Source: an uncultured Gammaproteobacteria bacterium (GTDB lineage: Bacteria; Pseudomonadota; Gammaproteobacteria; Arenicellales; Poriferihabitantaceae). From it: a stretch of 64,000 nucleotides of DNA. The stretch covers positions 1,871 through 65,870 of the forward strand of contig CAMYNW010000022.1 in assembly GCA_947259885.1 (NCBI GenBank), given 5' to 3'. Below, in pieces: positions 16,300 through 27,491 of the stretch; the first letter of the stretch is position 1, and each line of letters starts with the position of its first letter. The notes beneath the pieces are model-generated. The model saw only the letters and a program-made list of their open reading frames with translations, did not search any database and had not been told where the DNA came from. The position numbers and the translations under genes were made by a program.

Positions 16300-18585
16300 A
16301 TGAAGATTGTTTGTTTGGGTGGTGGACCTGCGGGGCTCTATTTTGCGATATCGATGAAGTTGCGTGACCCGCGACACGATATTTGTGTGATGGAACGTAA
16401 CCGCCCTGATGATACTTTTGGATGGGGTGTTGTCTTATCAGACGAAACACTTGATCACCTTGAGCGCAACGACGCGAAGAGTGCAAAGCGCATTCGGGAG
16501 CACTTTGCTTATTGGGATGACATAGCGGTTAACTACCGGGATACAAAAATTAAATCCTCTGGGCACGGGTTTTGCGGTATTGGCAGAAAACAGCTTTTAG
16601 TATTACTGCAGCAACGGGCGAAAGAACTCGGCGTTGAACTACGTTTCGAAGCAGAAATTTCCACTACACAAGAACTTGCCGATCAGTACGATCTTGTGAT
16701 TGCGTCCGATGGTCTAAATTCTCGAACAAGAACCGAATATGCTGAATACTTTGAGCCAGATATAGATTTACGAAAATGTAAATTTGTGTGGCTGGGTACG
16801 CATCAAAAATTCGACGATGCGTTTACTTTTATCTTTGAAGAAACCGAGTGTGGCTGGATCTGGGCGCATGCCTATCAATTTGATGGTGATACCGCCACCT
16901 TTATCGTTGAATGCGATGAACAAACCTGGGACAACTATGGTTTCGGTGATTTGAGCCAGGAGCAATCTATCGCGATTTGTGAAAAGATTTTTGAAAAGTA
17001 TCTTGGCGGTCATAGGCTGATGACCAACGCGAACCATATTCGTGGCTCAGCCTGGTTGAATTTTCCGAGAGTCTTGTGTCACAAGTGGTTCCATAAAAAC
17101 ATCGTCCTAATAGGTGATGCGGCAGCTACAGCACATTTCTCGATTGGTTCCGGTACGAAGTTGGCGTTAGAAAGCGGTATTGCTTTGGCCGAATCGCTGC
17201 ACACGGAAGAAAACCTCGAGTCAGCATTCATAAAATATCAGGATGATCGAAGACTAGAAGTATTGCGGCTTCAGTCTGCGGCACGAAATTCAGTGGAATG
17301 GTTCGAGGACATCAGTCGGTATTTGAATCTGGACCCGGTGCAATTTAACTATTCATTGTTAACGCGCTCGCAACGAATCAGCCATGAAAACCTGCGTCTT
17401 AGAGATCCTGAATGGTTAAAGGGCGCGGAGCGCTGGTTTCAGCAGCGCGCATCAAGGGCTGAAAATTCAGAGGTTCGGGTCCCGATGTTTGCGCCCTACA
17501 CACTAAGAGAACTCACGCTAAAAAATCGAATTGTGGTGTCTCCAATGGCCCAGTACAAAGCGGTTGATGGCTGTCCTACGGACTGGCACCTGGTGCACTA
17601 TGGCGAACGAGCCAAGGGTGGTGCGGGCTTGGTGTATACAGAAATGACCTGTGTTTCAGCGAATGGTCGGATAACGCCTGGGTGCACTGGAATGTATACA
17701 GAGGAGCAGGAACTGGCATGGCGTCGCATCGTTGATTTTGTACATCAGGAAACCGAAGCAAAGATTTGTATGCAGCTTGGCCATTCCGGTGCAAAAGGAT
17801 CGACTCAAGTTGGCTGGGAGGAAATGGACGCGCCTTTAAAGCAGAGTAATTGGCCCTTGATGTCTGCATCAGATATACCCTGGTCTGACCATAATCAAAG
17901 GCCGAGAATGATGGATCGAGACGATATGGCGCTGGTATTGCAGCAGTTTGTATCTGCAGCCGAGGCCGCTGAACGGGCCGGTTTCGATATGCTGGAAATT
18001 CATGCTGCACACGGATATCTATTGTCCTCTTTCATCACACCGCTCACCAATATCAGACAGGATGAGTATGGTGGTTCGCTGGAAAACAGAATGCGATTTC
18101 CGCTTGCCGTGTTTAATGCCGTTCGCTCCGTTTTCCCTGAAGAAAAGCCGATCTCTATTCGAATTTCAGCCAACGATTGGGTCGGAACAGACGGGATTAC
18201 GCCGGAAGACGCAGTGGAGGTAGCGCGCATTTTGCAGACAGCTGGCGTGGATATCTGCGATGTTTCTGCTGGTCAAACCTCCACAAAAGCCGAGCCAGTC
18301 TATGGTCGGATGTTCCAGACGCCGTTTTCTGACCGTATTCGCAATGAAACGGGGATGGCGACCATGGCAGTGGGAAATATCTATGAACCAGACCATGTGA
18401 ACTCTATCCTGATGGCCGGTCGTGCGGATCTGGTGTGTTTGGCAAGACCCCATCTAGCTAATCCTTATTGGACGCTGCATGCCGGCAGTGAGATTGGCGA
18501 CCGATTAGCGAAATGGCCCGATCCCTATCTGCCAGGACGGGATCAGATGTGGCGGCTGGCAGATCGGGCCGACGTCTATGTCTAG
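16300..18585 (+). CDS. Bifunctional FAD monooxygenase / Old-Yellow-Enzyme-type reductase (salicylyl-CoA 5-hydroxylase / 2-aminobenzoyl-CoA monooxygenase-reductase family)
   Basis: SD 'aggag' lies 9 nt upstream. The N-terminal half has a FAD fold '[16 protein letters not shown]' and '[22 protein letters not shown]'. The C-terminal half is OYE-like: '[44 protein letters not shown]', '[20 protein letters not shown]', '[34 protein letters not shown]'. This two-domain fusion is characteristic of the family. Confidence 0.9.
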   Translation: MKIVCLGGGPAGLYFAISMKLRDPRHDICVMERNRPDDTFGWGVVLSDETLDHLERNDAKSAKRIREHFAYWDDIAVNYRDTKIKSSGHGFCGIGRKQLLVLLQQRAKELGVELRFEAEISTTQELADQYDLVIASDGLNSRTRTEYAEYFEPDIDLRKCKFVWLGTHQKFDDAFTFIFEETECGWIWAHAYQFDGDTATFIVECDEQTWDNYGFGDLSQEQSIAICEKIFEKYLGGHRLMTNANHIRGSAWLNFPRVLCHKWFHKNIVLIGDAAATAHFSIGSGTKLALESGIALAESLHTEENLESAFIKYQDDRRLEVLRLQSAARNSVEWFEDISRYLNLDPVQFNYSLLTRSQRISHENLRLRDPEWLKGAERWFQQRASRAENSEVRVPMFAPYTLRELTLKNRIVVSPMAQYKAVDGCPTDWHLVHYGERAKGGAGLVYTEMTCVSANGRITPGCTGMYTEEQELAWRRIVDFVHQETEAKICMQLGHSGAKGSTQVGWEEMDAPLKQSNWPLMSASDIPWSDHNQRPRMMDRDDMALVLQQFVSAAEAAERAGFDMLEIHAAHGYLLSSFITPLTNIRQDEYGGSLENRMRFPLAVFNAVRSVFPEEKPISIRISANDWVGTDGITPEDAVEVARILQTAGVDICDVSAGQTSTKAEPVYGRMFQTPFSDRIRNETGMATMAVGNIYEPDHVNSILMAGRADLVCLARPHLANPYWTLHAGSEIGDRLAKWPDPYLPGRDQMWRLADRADVYV

Positions 18586-19351
18586 TGATACGCTAAATCT
18601 AACCGGAAAAGTAGCCTGGGTAACGGGGGGCGGCACTGGGGTGGGCGCGCAAATCGCCTTATCTTTGGCGCAGGCCGGAGCGTCTGTCGTTGTCTCTGGC
18701 CGCACTAAGAATGCTCTAAAGGATACGGTTTCGAAGCATTCCTCTATAACCAGCTTCGCCGGTGACGTGACCGTTCGTAATGATGTGGATCAGTGTTGTG
18801 CGCATATTAAAAATCATTTTGACGGACTGGATATTGTTGTTGCCAATGCGGGTCATGCTTCAAGTGCGCCGTTTTCGCAGGTTAGCGAGCGTGATTTTCG
18901 TACCTTGTTCGAGGTCAACGTTCTGGGGGTGTTCAACGTGTGGCAATCGGCTTTGCCCCTGGTTAAAGCAGCAGATGCCGGGCGCCTGGTTGTGATCGCG
19001 TCTACCGCAGGGTTAAAGGGTTATCCCTATGTGTCGGGGTATTGCGCAGCCAAACATGCTGTCGTCGGTTTAACAAAATCTGTGGCTGCAGAACTATCAG
19101 AAAGCAACGTTACAGTGAACGCGGTTTGTCCTGGATACATCAATACGCCAATGTTAGATCGCACTATTGCGAACATTGTCAAAAAAACAGGGCTGTCCAA
19201 AAATAAGGCTGAAGCCGCTTTGAAAAAAACTAATCCACAAGGGCGATTTATCGAGCCCATTGAGGTCGCATCAACGGTACTCTGGGTGTGTCATAACAAT
19301 TCGGGCTCTATTACAGGTCAAACAATTTCAGTTTCTGGTGGGGAAACATGA
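18578..19351 (+). CDS. SDR-family oxidoreductase (3-hydroxyacyl-CoA-dehydrogenase-like)
   Basis: '[14 protein letters not shown]' (TGxxxGxG), 'NAG' and '[14 protein letters not shown]' (YxxxK). The start overlaps the upstream stop by 8 nt. Confidence 0.9.
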   Translation: MSSDTLNLTGKVAWVTGGGTGVGAQIALSLAQAGASVVVSGRTKNALKDTVSKHSSITSFAGDVTVRNDVDQCCAHIKNHFDGLDIVVANAGHASSAPFSQVSERDFRTLFEVNVLGVFNVWQSALPLVKAADAGRLVVIASTAGLKGYPYVSGYCAAKHAVVGLTKSVAAELSESNVTVNAVCPGYINTPMLDRTIANIVKKTGLSKNKAEAALKKTNPQGRFIEPIEVASTVLWVCHNNSGSITGQTISVSGGET

Positions 19352-19863
19352 GTACTTCTTCGGTGCAAGACGTCAAACTATCTGTTGACCGTTTAGATGA
19401 CGATAATATTGAATCAAAAACAAGACTACGTTTATGGTTGCATTTACTGAAAGCGACAAAAGAGATTGAGGGCGAACTAAGGGAGCGGCTGCGCCAGGAA
19501 TTTAATACTACTTTGCCTCGATTTGACGTCATGGCTGCGTTATATCGCTTTGAAAATGGATTAAAGATGAGTGAGATATCAGGGGTCTTAAAAGTTTCCA
19601 ATGGCAATGTGACGGGTATTGTCGATCGGCTTACAGATGAAGGATTATTGGTGCGCGTTCCTGTTAAAGGCGATCGGCGAGCCCTGTTAGTCAAATTGAC
19701 CCAAAAAGGACGAGAACAATTCGGGGCTATGGCGGTGAAACACGAGAGCTGGGTCAACGAAGTGTTGTCAGCAATCTCAGCTGTTGACGGTGAAGAACTA
19801 ATCGAACAGTTAGAATTGTTGCTTCCTAAAACCGCTACTGACGAGGGTGAAATCCATGTTTGA
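19348..19863 (+). CDS. MarR-family transcriptional regulator
   Basis: Winged-helix region '[66 protein letters not shown]'. ATGA overlap with the upstream stop. Confidence 0.85.
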   Translation: MSTSSVQDVKLSVDRLDDDNIESKTRLRLWLHLLKATKEIEGELRERLRQEFNTTLPRFDVMAALYRFENGLKMSEISGVLKVSNGNVTGIVDRLTDEGLLVRVPVKGDRRALLVKLTQKGREQFGAMAVKHESWVNEVLSAISAVDGEELIEQLELLLPKTATDEGEIHV

Positions 19864-20668
19864 TGCCAACCGGTTTAAACCCGAACACTTTAATTACGCT
19901 TTCGATGATGGAGTCGCTCGGGTTTCCTTAGACAGGGCGGAGCGCAAGAATCCATTGACGTTTGATAGCTATGCAGAACTGCGCGACTACTTTCGAGATC
20001 TTGTTTGCTGTGAGCAAACAGGTGCTGTTGTATTTGCCTCTAACGGTGGCAACTTCTCTTCAGGAGGAGACGTGCACGACATAATCGGTCCATTGCTCGA
20101 GAAAGATATGAAAGGACTATTACAATTTACTCGGATGACGGGCGACCTGGTGAAAGCCATGATTGCCTGTGGTAAACCGGTAGTTGCAGCAGTCGATGGG
20201 ATTTGTGTTGGCGCCGGAGCGATTATCGCAATGGCCGCGGATCTTCGACTTGCAACTCCCTCCGCCAAGACCGCATTTTTGTTCAATCGAGTGGGATTGG
20301 CGGGTTGCGATATGGGGGCTTGCGCTATTTTGCCTAGAATCATTGGACAGGGTAGAGCAGCTGAATTGCTCTATACCGGAAGATCGATGAGCGCTGAAGA
20401 GGGAGAAAAATGGGGATTCTTCAATCGGTTGGTGGCTGAAGATGCACTGGAAGGAGCAGCCGCAAAATTGGCTGCTCAAATTGCTGGCGGACCAAGTTTC
20501 GCCAACATGATTACCAAAACCATGTTGGCGCAAGAATGGAGTATGAGTCTGGATCAGGCTATTGAATCTGAAGCACAAGCTCAGGCTATTTGTATGCAAA
20601 CAAAGGACTTCAAGCGAGCGTTCGATGGCTTTGTGAACAAACAGAAGCCTGAGTTCAAGGGAGACTGA
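19856..20668 (+). CDS. Enoyl-CoA hydratase/isomerase (crotonase) family protein
   Basis: '[11 protein letters not shown]' and '[27 protein letters not shown]' are crotonase oxyanion-hole regions. The ATG at 19856, preceded by 'gaggg', is preferred over the GTG at 19847. It overlaps the MarR stop. Confidence 0.85.
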   Translation: MFDANRFKPEHFNYAFDDGVARVSLDRAERKNPLTFDSYAELRDYFRDLVCCEQTGAVVFASNGGNFSSGGDVHDIIGPLLEKDMKGLLQFTRMTGDLVKAMIACGKPVVAAVDGICVGAGAIIAMAADLRLATPSAKTAFLFNRVGLAGCDMGACAILPRIIGQGRAAELLYTGRSMSAEEGEKWGFFNRLVAEDALEGAAAKLAAQIAGGPSFANMITKTMLAQEWSMSLDQAIESEAQAQAICMQTKDFKRAFDGFVNKQKPEFKGD

Positions 20669-20669
20669 A

Positions 20670-21824
20670 ATGGATCGCAGTTTTCTCAGCTGGCCGTTCT
20701 TTGATGCTCGGCATCGTGCGTTAGCGGAGGACATCGAGACTTGGTCTCGACAATACCTGGGTGAGATCGATCATGAGAATGTGGATGCCACGTGCCAGAA
20801 TCTTGTCAAAGCTCTGGGAGACGCTGGATGGTTGGATCATTCGTCCCTTGATCCTGAAGATCCGGATTCCAAGCTGGATGTGAGGAGTTTATGTTTGATC
20901 CGGGAGACCCTTGCCCGACATGATGGCCTGGCTGATTTTGCATTTGCAATGCAAGGGCTCGGCACTGGTGCCATATCGCTCTTTGGCACACCGGCACAAA
21001 AAACATACTGGCTTGAGAAAACTCGCACAGGTAGGGCACTGTCGGCATTCGCTCTCACCGAACCACAGTCGGGCTCGGACGTTGCCAACATTTCCTTGAA
21101 AGCAGAAAAAGAAAGCGATGGTTATGTACTCAATGGCGAAAAAACGTGGATTTCGAATGGCGGTATTGCAGACGTTTACTGTTTGTTTGCGAGAACCGGA
21201 GAAGCGCCGGGGGCAAAGGGCATATCTGCATTTATCGTCACCCCGGATATGCCTGGTTTTGAAATCGTAGAAAGGCTCGAAACAATCTCTCCGCATCCGT
21301 TGGCGCGTATTTCGTTTAAGGATTGTCATGTTCCTGCTTCTGCCATGATTGGGGAGTCTGGCAGTGGATTTCGCATTGCCATGTCCGTATTAGACGTATT
21401 TCGACCTACGGTTGCCGCCGCCGCGCTCGGCTTTGCTAGGCGTGCACTGGATGAGTCTATCAACAGAGCAAAAAGCAGAGAGCTGTTTGGCGCTCCGCTT
21501 GGAAGTCTTCAAATGGTGCAAGGACATCTTGCCGATATGGCACTTGATGTTGATGCCTCCGCATTGCTGATCTATCGCGCCGCCTGGTGCAAAGACATGG
21601 GCACCGAGCGAATTAGTCGAGAAGCATCCATGGCCAAATTGTTTGCCACCGACCATGCCCAGCATGTCATTGATAAAGCGGTGCAGATTCATGGCGGGGA
21701 TGGTGTAAGAAAAGGCCACATTGTCGAACGTTTGTACCGGGAGATACGTGCGCTTCGCATCTATGAAGGTGCTTCTGACGTGCAGAAAGTCGTGATTGCA
21801 AAGCACCTGATTGAGAATTATTAG
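20670..21824 (+). CDS. Acyl-CoA dehydrogenase family protein
   Basis: 'FALTEPQSGSDVANI', 'GEKTWISNGGIADVY' and 'IHGGDGVRKGHIVERLYREIRALRIYEGASDVQ' (catalytic Glu region). The start is 1 nt after the upstream stop. Confidence 0.9.
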   Translation: MDRSFLSWPFFDARHRALAEDIETWSRQYLGEIDHENVDATCQNLVKALGDAGWLDHSSLDPEDPDSKLDVRSLCLIRETLARHDGLADFAFAMQGLGTGAISLFGTPAQKTYWLEKTRTGRALSAFALTEPQSGSDVANISLKAEKESDGYVLNGEKTWISNGGIADVYCLFARTGEAPGAKGISAFIVTPDMPGFEIVERLETISPHPLARISFKDCHVPASAMIGESGSGFRIAMSVLDVFRPTVAAAALGFARRALDESINRAKSRELFGAPLGSLQMVQGHLADMALDVDASALLIYRAAWCKDMGTERISREASMAKLFATDHAQHVIDKAVQIHGGDGVRKGHIVERLYREIRALRIYEGASDVQKVVIAKHLIENY

Positions 21825-21833
21825 GAGGGATTT

Positions 21834-23450
21834 ATGCTGAGTTTCAGTGCACACACCGACACATTTGCGAGGGATAATCTGCCGCCGTTGGATCATTGGC
21901 CAGAATTTCTTCTTAAAGATTTCCCTTATCCGGATCAACTGAATGCTGCGGAAGAGTTGACCGACAACATGGTTGACAAGGGATTTGGCGATCATACCGC
22001 CTTGATCGGGAATGGAAGAAGGAGAACGTATAAGGAATTGACCGACTGGACCAATCGGATCGCGCATGTACTGCGGGACGACTTTGGAATATTGCCAGGC
22101 AACAGAGTTCTCATTCGTTCTGCCAACAACCCTGCTATGGTTGCATGTTGGTTAGCGGCGACGAAAGTCGGTGCCGTGGTGGTGAATACAATGCCCATGT
22201 TGCGTGCCAGCGAATTGGGTAAAGTGATCGATAAAGCTGAAGTCACCTTGGCCTTATGCGATTCTCGATTAGTGCAAGAACTAGCCGGCGCAATGGAAAC
22301 GAGTGAGCACCTGCAGAAAATTGTTGAATTTGACGGTACAGCGAATCACAACTCGGAACTTGACCAGCTGGCCTTAGAGAAGCCAGTTAGATTTGAATCC
22401 ATTAAAACAGGCAAGGACGATGTGGCTTTGCTTGGATTTACTTCGGGTACTACCGGTGTGCCCAAAGCGACCATGCATTTTCACCGGGATCTGATGATCA
22501 TTGCTGATGGTTATGCCAAGGAAGTGCTGGGAGTAAAACCAGAGGACGTGTTCGTTGGTTCTCCTCCACTGGCGTTTACTTTTGGCCTGGGTGGGTTAGC
22601 TATTTTTCCGTTGCGATTCGGCGCGTCAGCGGTGCTGTTGGAGAACGCGTCACCACCTAATTTGATCGAAATTATTGAAAATTACAAAGCAACCGTCTGC
22701 TTTACAGCTCCCACTGCATACGGTGTCATGCTGGCTGCAATGGATGATGGGGCTGACCTATCCTCTCTTAGGGCAGCGGTTTCCGCTGGTGAAACATTGC
22801 CTGCGCCGATCTACGAAGCATGGATAAAAAAGACAGGTAAACCAATGCTTGACGGTATCGGCGCTACAGAAATGCTGCATATATTTTTGTCAAACAGATT
22901 TGGCGATTCGCATCCTTCTTGTGCCGGCAAACCTGTAAACGGCTACGAAGCAAAGGTTGTGAATGAGGGTATGGAAGAAGTAACTGCTGGCACGGTTGGT
23001 TGGTTAGCTGTGCGTGGGCCGACAGGTTGTCGTTACTTGTCCGATGACCGTCAGCGTGAATACGTAAAAAATGGATGGAACCTTACAGGTGATTCATTTT
23101 TTCAGGATGAAGCCGGTTATTTCCATTTTGTTGCCCGAAACGATGACATGATCGTGTCATCAGGTTACAACATTGCGGGTCCAGAAGTGGAGTCAGCCCT
23201 TTTGGGACACGACTATATTAAAGAATGTGCGGTGATCGGCACCCCAGATAGTGAGAGAGGACAGTTGGTGCGGGCACATGTCGTCCTTAATGAAGGCGTC
23301 GAAGCCAATGAAGAAACGACCAGGCAATTACAGGATTACGTGAAAACTGTGATTGCCCCTTATAAATATCCGAGATCAATTATTTTTGTTGATTCATTAC
23401 CGAAGACACAAACTGGAAAGATCCAGCGTTTTCGTCTCAGGCAAGAATAA
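21834..23450 (+). CDS. AMP-forming aromatic-acid-CoA ligase (benzoate / 2-aminobenzoate-CoA ligase family)
   Basis: Strong SD 'taggaggg' upstream. Motifs 'FTSGTTGVPKATMH', 'GIGATEMLHIF', 'GDSFFQDEAGYFHFVARNDDMIVSSGYNIAGPEVE' and 'LPKTQTGKIQRFRLR'. Confidence 0.9.
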   Translation: MLSFSAHTDTFARDNLPPLDHWPEFLLKDFPYPDQLNAAEELTDNMVDKGFGDHTALIGNGRRRTYKELTDWTNRIAHVLRDDFGILPGNRVLIRSANNPAMVACWLAATKVGAVVVNTMPMLRASELGKVIDKAEVTLALCDSRLVQELAGAMETSEHLQKIVEFDGTANHNSELDQLALEKPVRFESIKTGKDDVALLGFTSGTTGVPKATMHFHRDLMIIADGYAKEVLGVKPEDVFVGSPPLAFTFGLGGLAIFPLRFGASAVLLENASPPNLIEIIENYKATVCFTAPTAYGVMLAAMDDGADLSSLRAAVSAGETLPAPIYEAWIKKTGKPMLDGIGATEMLHIFLSNRFGDSHPSCAGKPVNGYEAKVVNEGMEEVTAGTVGWLAVRGPTGCRYLSDDRQREYVKNGWNLTGDSFFQDEAGYFHFVARNDDMIVSSGYNIAGPEVESALLGHDYIKECAVIGTPDSERGQLVRAHVVLNEGVEANEETTRQLQDYVKTVIAPYKYPRSIIFVDSLPKTQTGKIQRFRLRQE

Positions 23451-23531
23451 CGACTGACAGATCTAAATCTAGTACAACCTTGACTATTCAAGAATCAGTC
23501 TTGAATAACCCGGCATAAGTTGGAGATATCT

Positions 23532-23933
23532 ATGCACAAAATAATCAATCCGCAAGGCTGGAAAAAAGCCAAGGGATACTCAAATGGCGTGGTGGCAACG
23601 GGCCCAACTCTATACATAGGCGGGCAAATCGGCTGGAATAAAGATCAGATATTCATTGCCGACGACTTTATAGGTCAAATGGAGCAATGCTTAAAAAACA
23701 TCGTGGACGTGACTACCACTGCGGGCGGACAAGTGACCGATTTGGTAAGAATGACCTGGTATGTCACCGACAAGTCCGAATATATAGCGAATCAAAGTGA
23801 GGTTGGGGAGGTATATCGAAAAATCATTGGAAGGCATTTCCCTGCAATGACAATGGTTGTTGTTTCGGAGCTGGTGGAGGATAAGGCCCTGATCGAGATT
23901 GAAGCCACTGCAGTACTGAGCGAATCTGCCTGA
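23532..23933 (+). CDS. RidA/YjgF-family protein
   Basis: ATG at 23532 follows 'ggag'. 'GYSNGVVATGPTLYIGGQIG' and 'PAMTMVVVSELVEDKALIEIEATA' are typical RidA N- and C-terminal blocks. Confidence 0.85.
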   Translation: MHKIINPQGWKKAKGYSNGVVATGPTLYIGGQIGWNKDQIFIADDFIGQMEQCLKNIVDVTTTAGGQVTDLVRMTWYVTDKSEYIANQSEVGEVYRKIIGRHFPAMTMVVVSELVEDKALIEIEATAVLSESA

Positions 23934-24288
23934 GAATGCCCAGTAGTTCATATGCTGGGAACACAACATTTAATGACCAGGATGGGTTTCTGGAATCCGA
24001 GGTCAGTTGTGAATTGTGCCCCCAGAACCTAGCAAATCGGTTGGTAGCTGCCTATTGGGGTCGAGAACCCAATGCCGATTAAGGCTGTCGAATAAAGGTC
24101 CACGCCAAACGAAGTATCTTTGAATGCATAGAAGTCTTTTACATCCGAAGACAGCGGCATTCCTCTCTGAACTATCTTAGCCCAGTAAAATACGAGCAGA
24201 AGTATACAAATGCGCATTGATTAGTGTACATGTCCTATTCGGAGAGCCTCACTCTATCAACTAGTTCTGTTACGCGGAATTGGGAGTT

Positions 24289-25071
24289 ATGATTAATCCA
24301 ACTTACACGACAAAAGACTTCTATGTTGTTGCCTATGAACCAGGTGCGGAACATCCGTCCTTGCCTGTATGGGCGAATCATCAACCCAATCCTGCAGGCT
24401 TGGCCGATATTGCGCCAAGCACCGTCAAACTCGAAGCGCTTGATCAGGTCCCCGGTACTTTCCAGCTATTGAATGTGTTGTCATCTGAAGAATGTCAACG
24501 CCTGGTTGGCCTCAGTGAATCGCTCGGCTATTTACCGGATGCGTCGGTTTCGTTACCACGCAGTGTGCGTCACAACGACAATGTGGTGTGGGTAGTTGAT
24601 GAAAAAACGGATGGTTTAATCTGGAAGCGAATAGAAAATCAGTTGAATGATTTTGCAGCTATTTTTGACGGCAAACACGCCCTGGGAATTAATGCCCGCT
24701 TTCGATTCTACCGTTATGGTCCCGAAGATTATTTTAAGGCTCATACCGATGGCGCCTGGCCAGGCAGTCGAGTGGTTGATGGGGAATTGATTGCTAATGC
24801 GTATCCTGATCGTTATAGCCAGATGAGTTTTTTAATTTTTCTGAGTGAGAACTTTGAAGGTGGTGCGACAAGATTCCTGGTCGATAATAATGATCCGCAG
24901 CGACCCGCACGCGGTGGAGACCCCGTGAAGGAAGTCGATATACGCACTCGAATTGGTGGTGTATTGTGTTTTCCTCATGGTGCTCATCCGATGCACTGTG
25001 TACATAGTTCAGAGCCGATCATCCACGGGAAAAAATATATTATTCGTACTGATTTATTGTTTGAGATATAG
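24289..25071 (+). CDS. 2OG-Fe(II) oxygenase (prolyl-4-hydroxylase-like)
   Basis: 'YGPEDYFKAHTDGAW' (HxD), 'MSFLIFLSENFEGGATRF' and 'GGVLCFPHGAHPMHCVHSSEPIIHGKKYIIRTDLLF' (distal His and Arg/Lys). The start is either ATG 24289 or TTG 24280. Confidence 0.75.
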   Translation: MINPTYTTKDFYVVAYEPGAEHPSLPVWANHQPNPAGLADIAPSTVKLEALDQVPGTFQLLNVLSSEECQRLVGLSESLGYLPDASVSLPRSVRHNDNVVWVVDEKTDGLIWKRIENQLNDFAAIFDGKHALGINARFRFYRYGPEDYFKAHTDGAWPGSRVVDGELIANAYPDRYSQMSFLIFLSENFEGGATRFLVDNNDPQRPARGGDPVKEVDIRTRIGGVLCFPHGAHPMHCVHSSEPIIHGKKYIIRTDLLFEI

Positions 25072-25216
25072 GTGTCGAGCAGCACTGAAGCTTGATGTTT
25101 GATACCAAACGGTAAATCTGTCGACCAGGCTTATCCCGGAGGTGCATTACCTATATTATTCGATATAAGTTCCACATCAATCATCAGGTAGATAATGTGT
25201 TACAAAATACAAAAAA

Positions 25217-26515
25217 ATGAACACGGCAACTACTGTGAATGAGCATAAAACTACTGACTTGATTTCCCTCTGGGATGCTTCCGCCAAAGAAAATGCGGCA
25301 TCGTCCACGATGAGCGGAAACATCGTTACTGATGTTGCCATTGTAGGAGGCGGATTTACGGGTATCTCAACGGCTCTGCACTTGGCCGAACGAGGTATTG
25401 AATGCCATGTTCTAGAGGCGCAGAAAATCGGATATGGCGGTTCCGGACGAAACGTCGGGTTGGTCAATGCCGGACTTTGGCTGCCACCGCAGAATGTTCG
25501 TGCGCAGTTAGGGGATGCAGTCGGAAGTCGGTTATTGCGTTTGCTCGGCGAAGCGCCGGCCTATGTGTTTTCACTGATTAAAAAGCACGACATCGAGTGT
25601 GAACCGCGACAGAATGGCACAATCCATGCTGCACACTCTCTTTCAGGATTTGAGGATCTTAAAAGGCGGTGCGAACAGTGGCATCGTCTGGGCGCGCCTG
25701 TGGATCTGTTAAACCGCGAGCAAGCGGCCGATAAGATCGGTACGCATGTTTTTCATGGCGGGCTGCTCGATCATCGTGCTGGGACCATCAACCCAATGGG
25801 ATATGTTCGCGGTCTTGCGCGTGCGGCCCAAGCGGCAGGCGCCAGGATTCATATCGGTGCAACGGTGAATAGCCTTCAGCCCGATCATGGAAAGTGGATT
25901 CTGGGCACAACCCAAGGCAGGGTTACTGCGAACAGGGTCGTCCTGGGCACAAATGCTTATACCGATGATCTGTGGCCCGATCTGAAGCGTTGTTTCACCA
26001 TGATTCATTATTTCCAGATCGCCACTGAACCCCTTGGACAACAGGCTGATTTTATTCTTCCCGAGAGACAGGGTGTTTGGGACACCGCGCCGATTATGTT
26101 CAACGTGAGACGTGATGACCATGGCAGGATTCTCATTGGTTCAATGGGTAGGGTTTTTGGTGGTAGCCGCGGTCTCACCCAGCGATGGGCAAAGCGCAAC
26201 ATTGAAAGACTGTTTTCTAAGTTAGGTGATGTCCGGCTTGAAAAGTCCTGGTATGGACAAATTGCCATGACGCCCGATCATTTGCCTAGAATTTATAGAC
26301 TGGCTGAAGGACTCTACACACCGATCGGATATAACGGCCGGGGCATTGCCCCCGGTACCATATTCGGTCGGGATATCGCTAAATATCTGTCGGGTGCTGC
26401 AGAGAATGAGTTGCCCTTGCCGATCACGAATTTTCATAAAGTGGGATTTAGTTCGCTCAAGTCTCGACTGTATGCGATGGCGTTTACCGCGAATCAGGTG
26501 ATTAGGTCCCTTTAA
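25217..26515 (+). CDS. FAD-dependent oxidoreductase (DAO family)
   Basis: 'DVAIVGGGFTGISTALHLAERG' dinucleotide fold, 'GSGRNVGLV' and a C-terminal 'GYNGRGIAPGTIFGRDIA' block. Confidence 0.85.
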   Translation: MNTATTVNEHKTTDLISLWDASAKENAASSTMSGNIVTDVAIVGGGFTGISTALHLAERGIECHVLEAQKIGYGGSGRNVGLVNAGLWLPPQNVRAQLGDAVGSRLLRLLGEAPAYVFSLIKKHDIECEPRQNGTIHAAHSLSGFEDLKRRCEQWHRLGAPVDLLNREQAADKIGTHVFHGGLLDHRAGTINPMGYVRGLARAAQAAGARIHIGATVNSLQPDHGKWILGTTQGRVTANRVVLGTNAYTDDLWPDLKRCFTMIHYFQIATEPLGQQADFILPERQGVWDTAPIMFNVRRDDHGRILIGSMGRVFGGSRGLTQRWAKRNIERLFSKLGDVRLEKSWYGQIAMTPDHLPRIYRLAEGLYTPIGYNGRGIAPGTIFGRDIAKYLSGAAENELPLPITNFHKVGFSSLKSRLYAMAFTANQVIRSL

Positions 26516-26535
26516 CTATTTCATTTTCCTCCCCA

Positions 26536-27411
26536 ATGAAAATTGTGACTTACAACGCGCACTACGCAATTGGCAAGGATAACCGGTACGATCTCGCTCG
26601 AGTCATTGATGCAGTGAATGGTGCTGACATTATTGCGTTACAGGAGATCGAAAGATATTACGGGCCGCCGAACGGTCCGTCGCAACCCGAGGACGTTGCC
26701 AGGTTGTTACCCGAGTATTACTGGGTATTTGATGCGTCCTTCGATATCGATGGCAGTGAAAAACTCGGGGATGGCATAATCCTCAATCGACGTCGCCAGT
26801 ATGGACAAATGCTACTTAGCCGATGGCCGATACTCAGCAAACGATACTATCCGCTGCCCCGATTGCATATCGATTACGCGTTCAACATGCAGATGGGCGT
26901 GCTTGAAGGTGTCTTATCAACCCCTGCAGGGGCGCTGCGCGTATACAACGCGCACTTCGGTTCGGTATCCAGTGAGGAGCGTCAGCACCAGGCAAGATTC
27001 CTGGTCTCGCTGATAAGGGTTGCGCCTTCTCAAGGTGGTGCATGGACAGGACCGTCCAGTGAGGACGGGGAAAGGGATTGGTCCAGCGGCACACCTCAAC
27101 CACCGATGCCCGAGAATGCAGTGGTGTTGGGAGACTTTAATATGGGGCCTGACAGCCCGGAGTTTAAGATTATGTCCACGGCCTTAATCGGGGATGATAT
27201 GCCGTTGCTAACCGATATCTGGGCAAAGAATAATCCTGGAAAACGTGTATTGACCTGGCATCCAAATCCAGGGCGACCTGGAAATGAAAAGAGCGCACGA
27301 CTGGACTATTGTTTCTTGACCGCCGCGCTCGTGGCCCGTGCTAAATCGTCGTGGGTGGATCAAGAAGCCAGCAGTTCAGACCATCAACCCGTGTGGGTAG
27401 AGCTTGATTAG
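26536..27411 (+). CDS. Endonuclease/exonuclease/phosphatase (EEP) family protein
   Basis: 'MKIVTYNAHY', 'DIIALQEIE', 'VVLGDFNMGPDSPEF' and 'RLDYCFL...SDHQPVWVELD' are canonical EEP motifs. Confidence 0.85.
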   Translation: MKIVTYNAHYAIGKDNRYDLARVIDAVNGADIIALQEIERYYGPPNGPSQPEDVARLLPEYYWVFDASFDIDGSEKLGDGIILNRRRQYGQMLLSRWPILSKRYYPLPRLHIDYAFNMQMGVLEGVLSTPAGALRVYNAHFGSVSSEERQHQARFLVSLIRVAPSQGGAWTGPSSEDGERDWSSGTPQPPMPENAVVLGDFNMGPDSPEFKIMSTALIGDDMPLLTDIWAKNNPGKRVLTWHPNPGRPGNEKSARLDYCFLTAALVARAKSSWVDQEASSSDHQPVWVELD

Positions 27412-27444
27412 TCTAAAGGCAGCGGGTCATCTGAAGAAACCTCG

Positions 27445-27466
27445 GGATCCCGCCATGGCGGGATCC
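27445..27466. terminator. Perfect 22-nt palindrome, a likely bidirectional intrinsic terminator between convergent genes
   Basis: GGATCCCGCCATGGCGGGATCC gives a 9-bp GC-rich stem with a CATG loop. On the + strand it is followed by 'tgttcatatcgttctt'. On the - strand the downstream sequence is the T-rich 'gaggtttcttc'. It lies between the stops at 27411 (+) and 27492 (-). Confidence 0.7.
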
Positions 27467-27491
27467 TGTTCATATCGTTCTTAACACACTA

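Noticed and set aside
23485-23507. An AT-rich 9-bp inverted repeat, TATTCAAGA-atcag-TCTTGAATA, between the CoA-ligase and RidA genes.
   Set aside because: The stem is weak, there is no U-tract, and the downstream gene is probably co-transcribed. It could be a minor regulatory site, but the evidence is too thin.
24029-24217. A 62-codon minus-strand ORF between the RidA and 2OG-oxygenase genes.
   Set aside because: The N-terminus is hydrophobic, but there are no motifs and no clear SD. The evidence is insufficient to call a gene.
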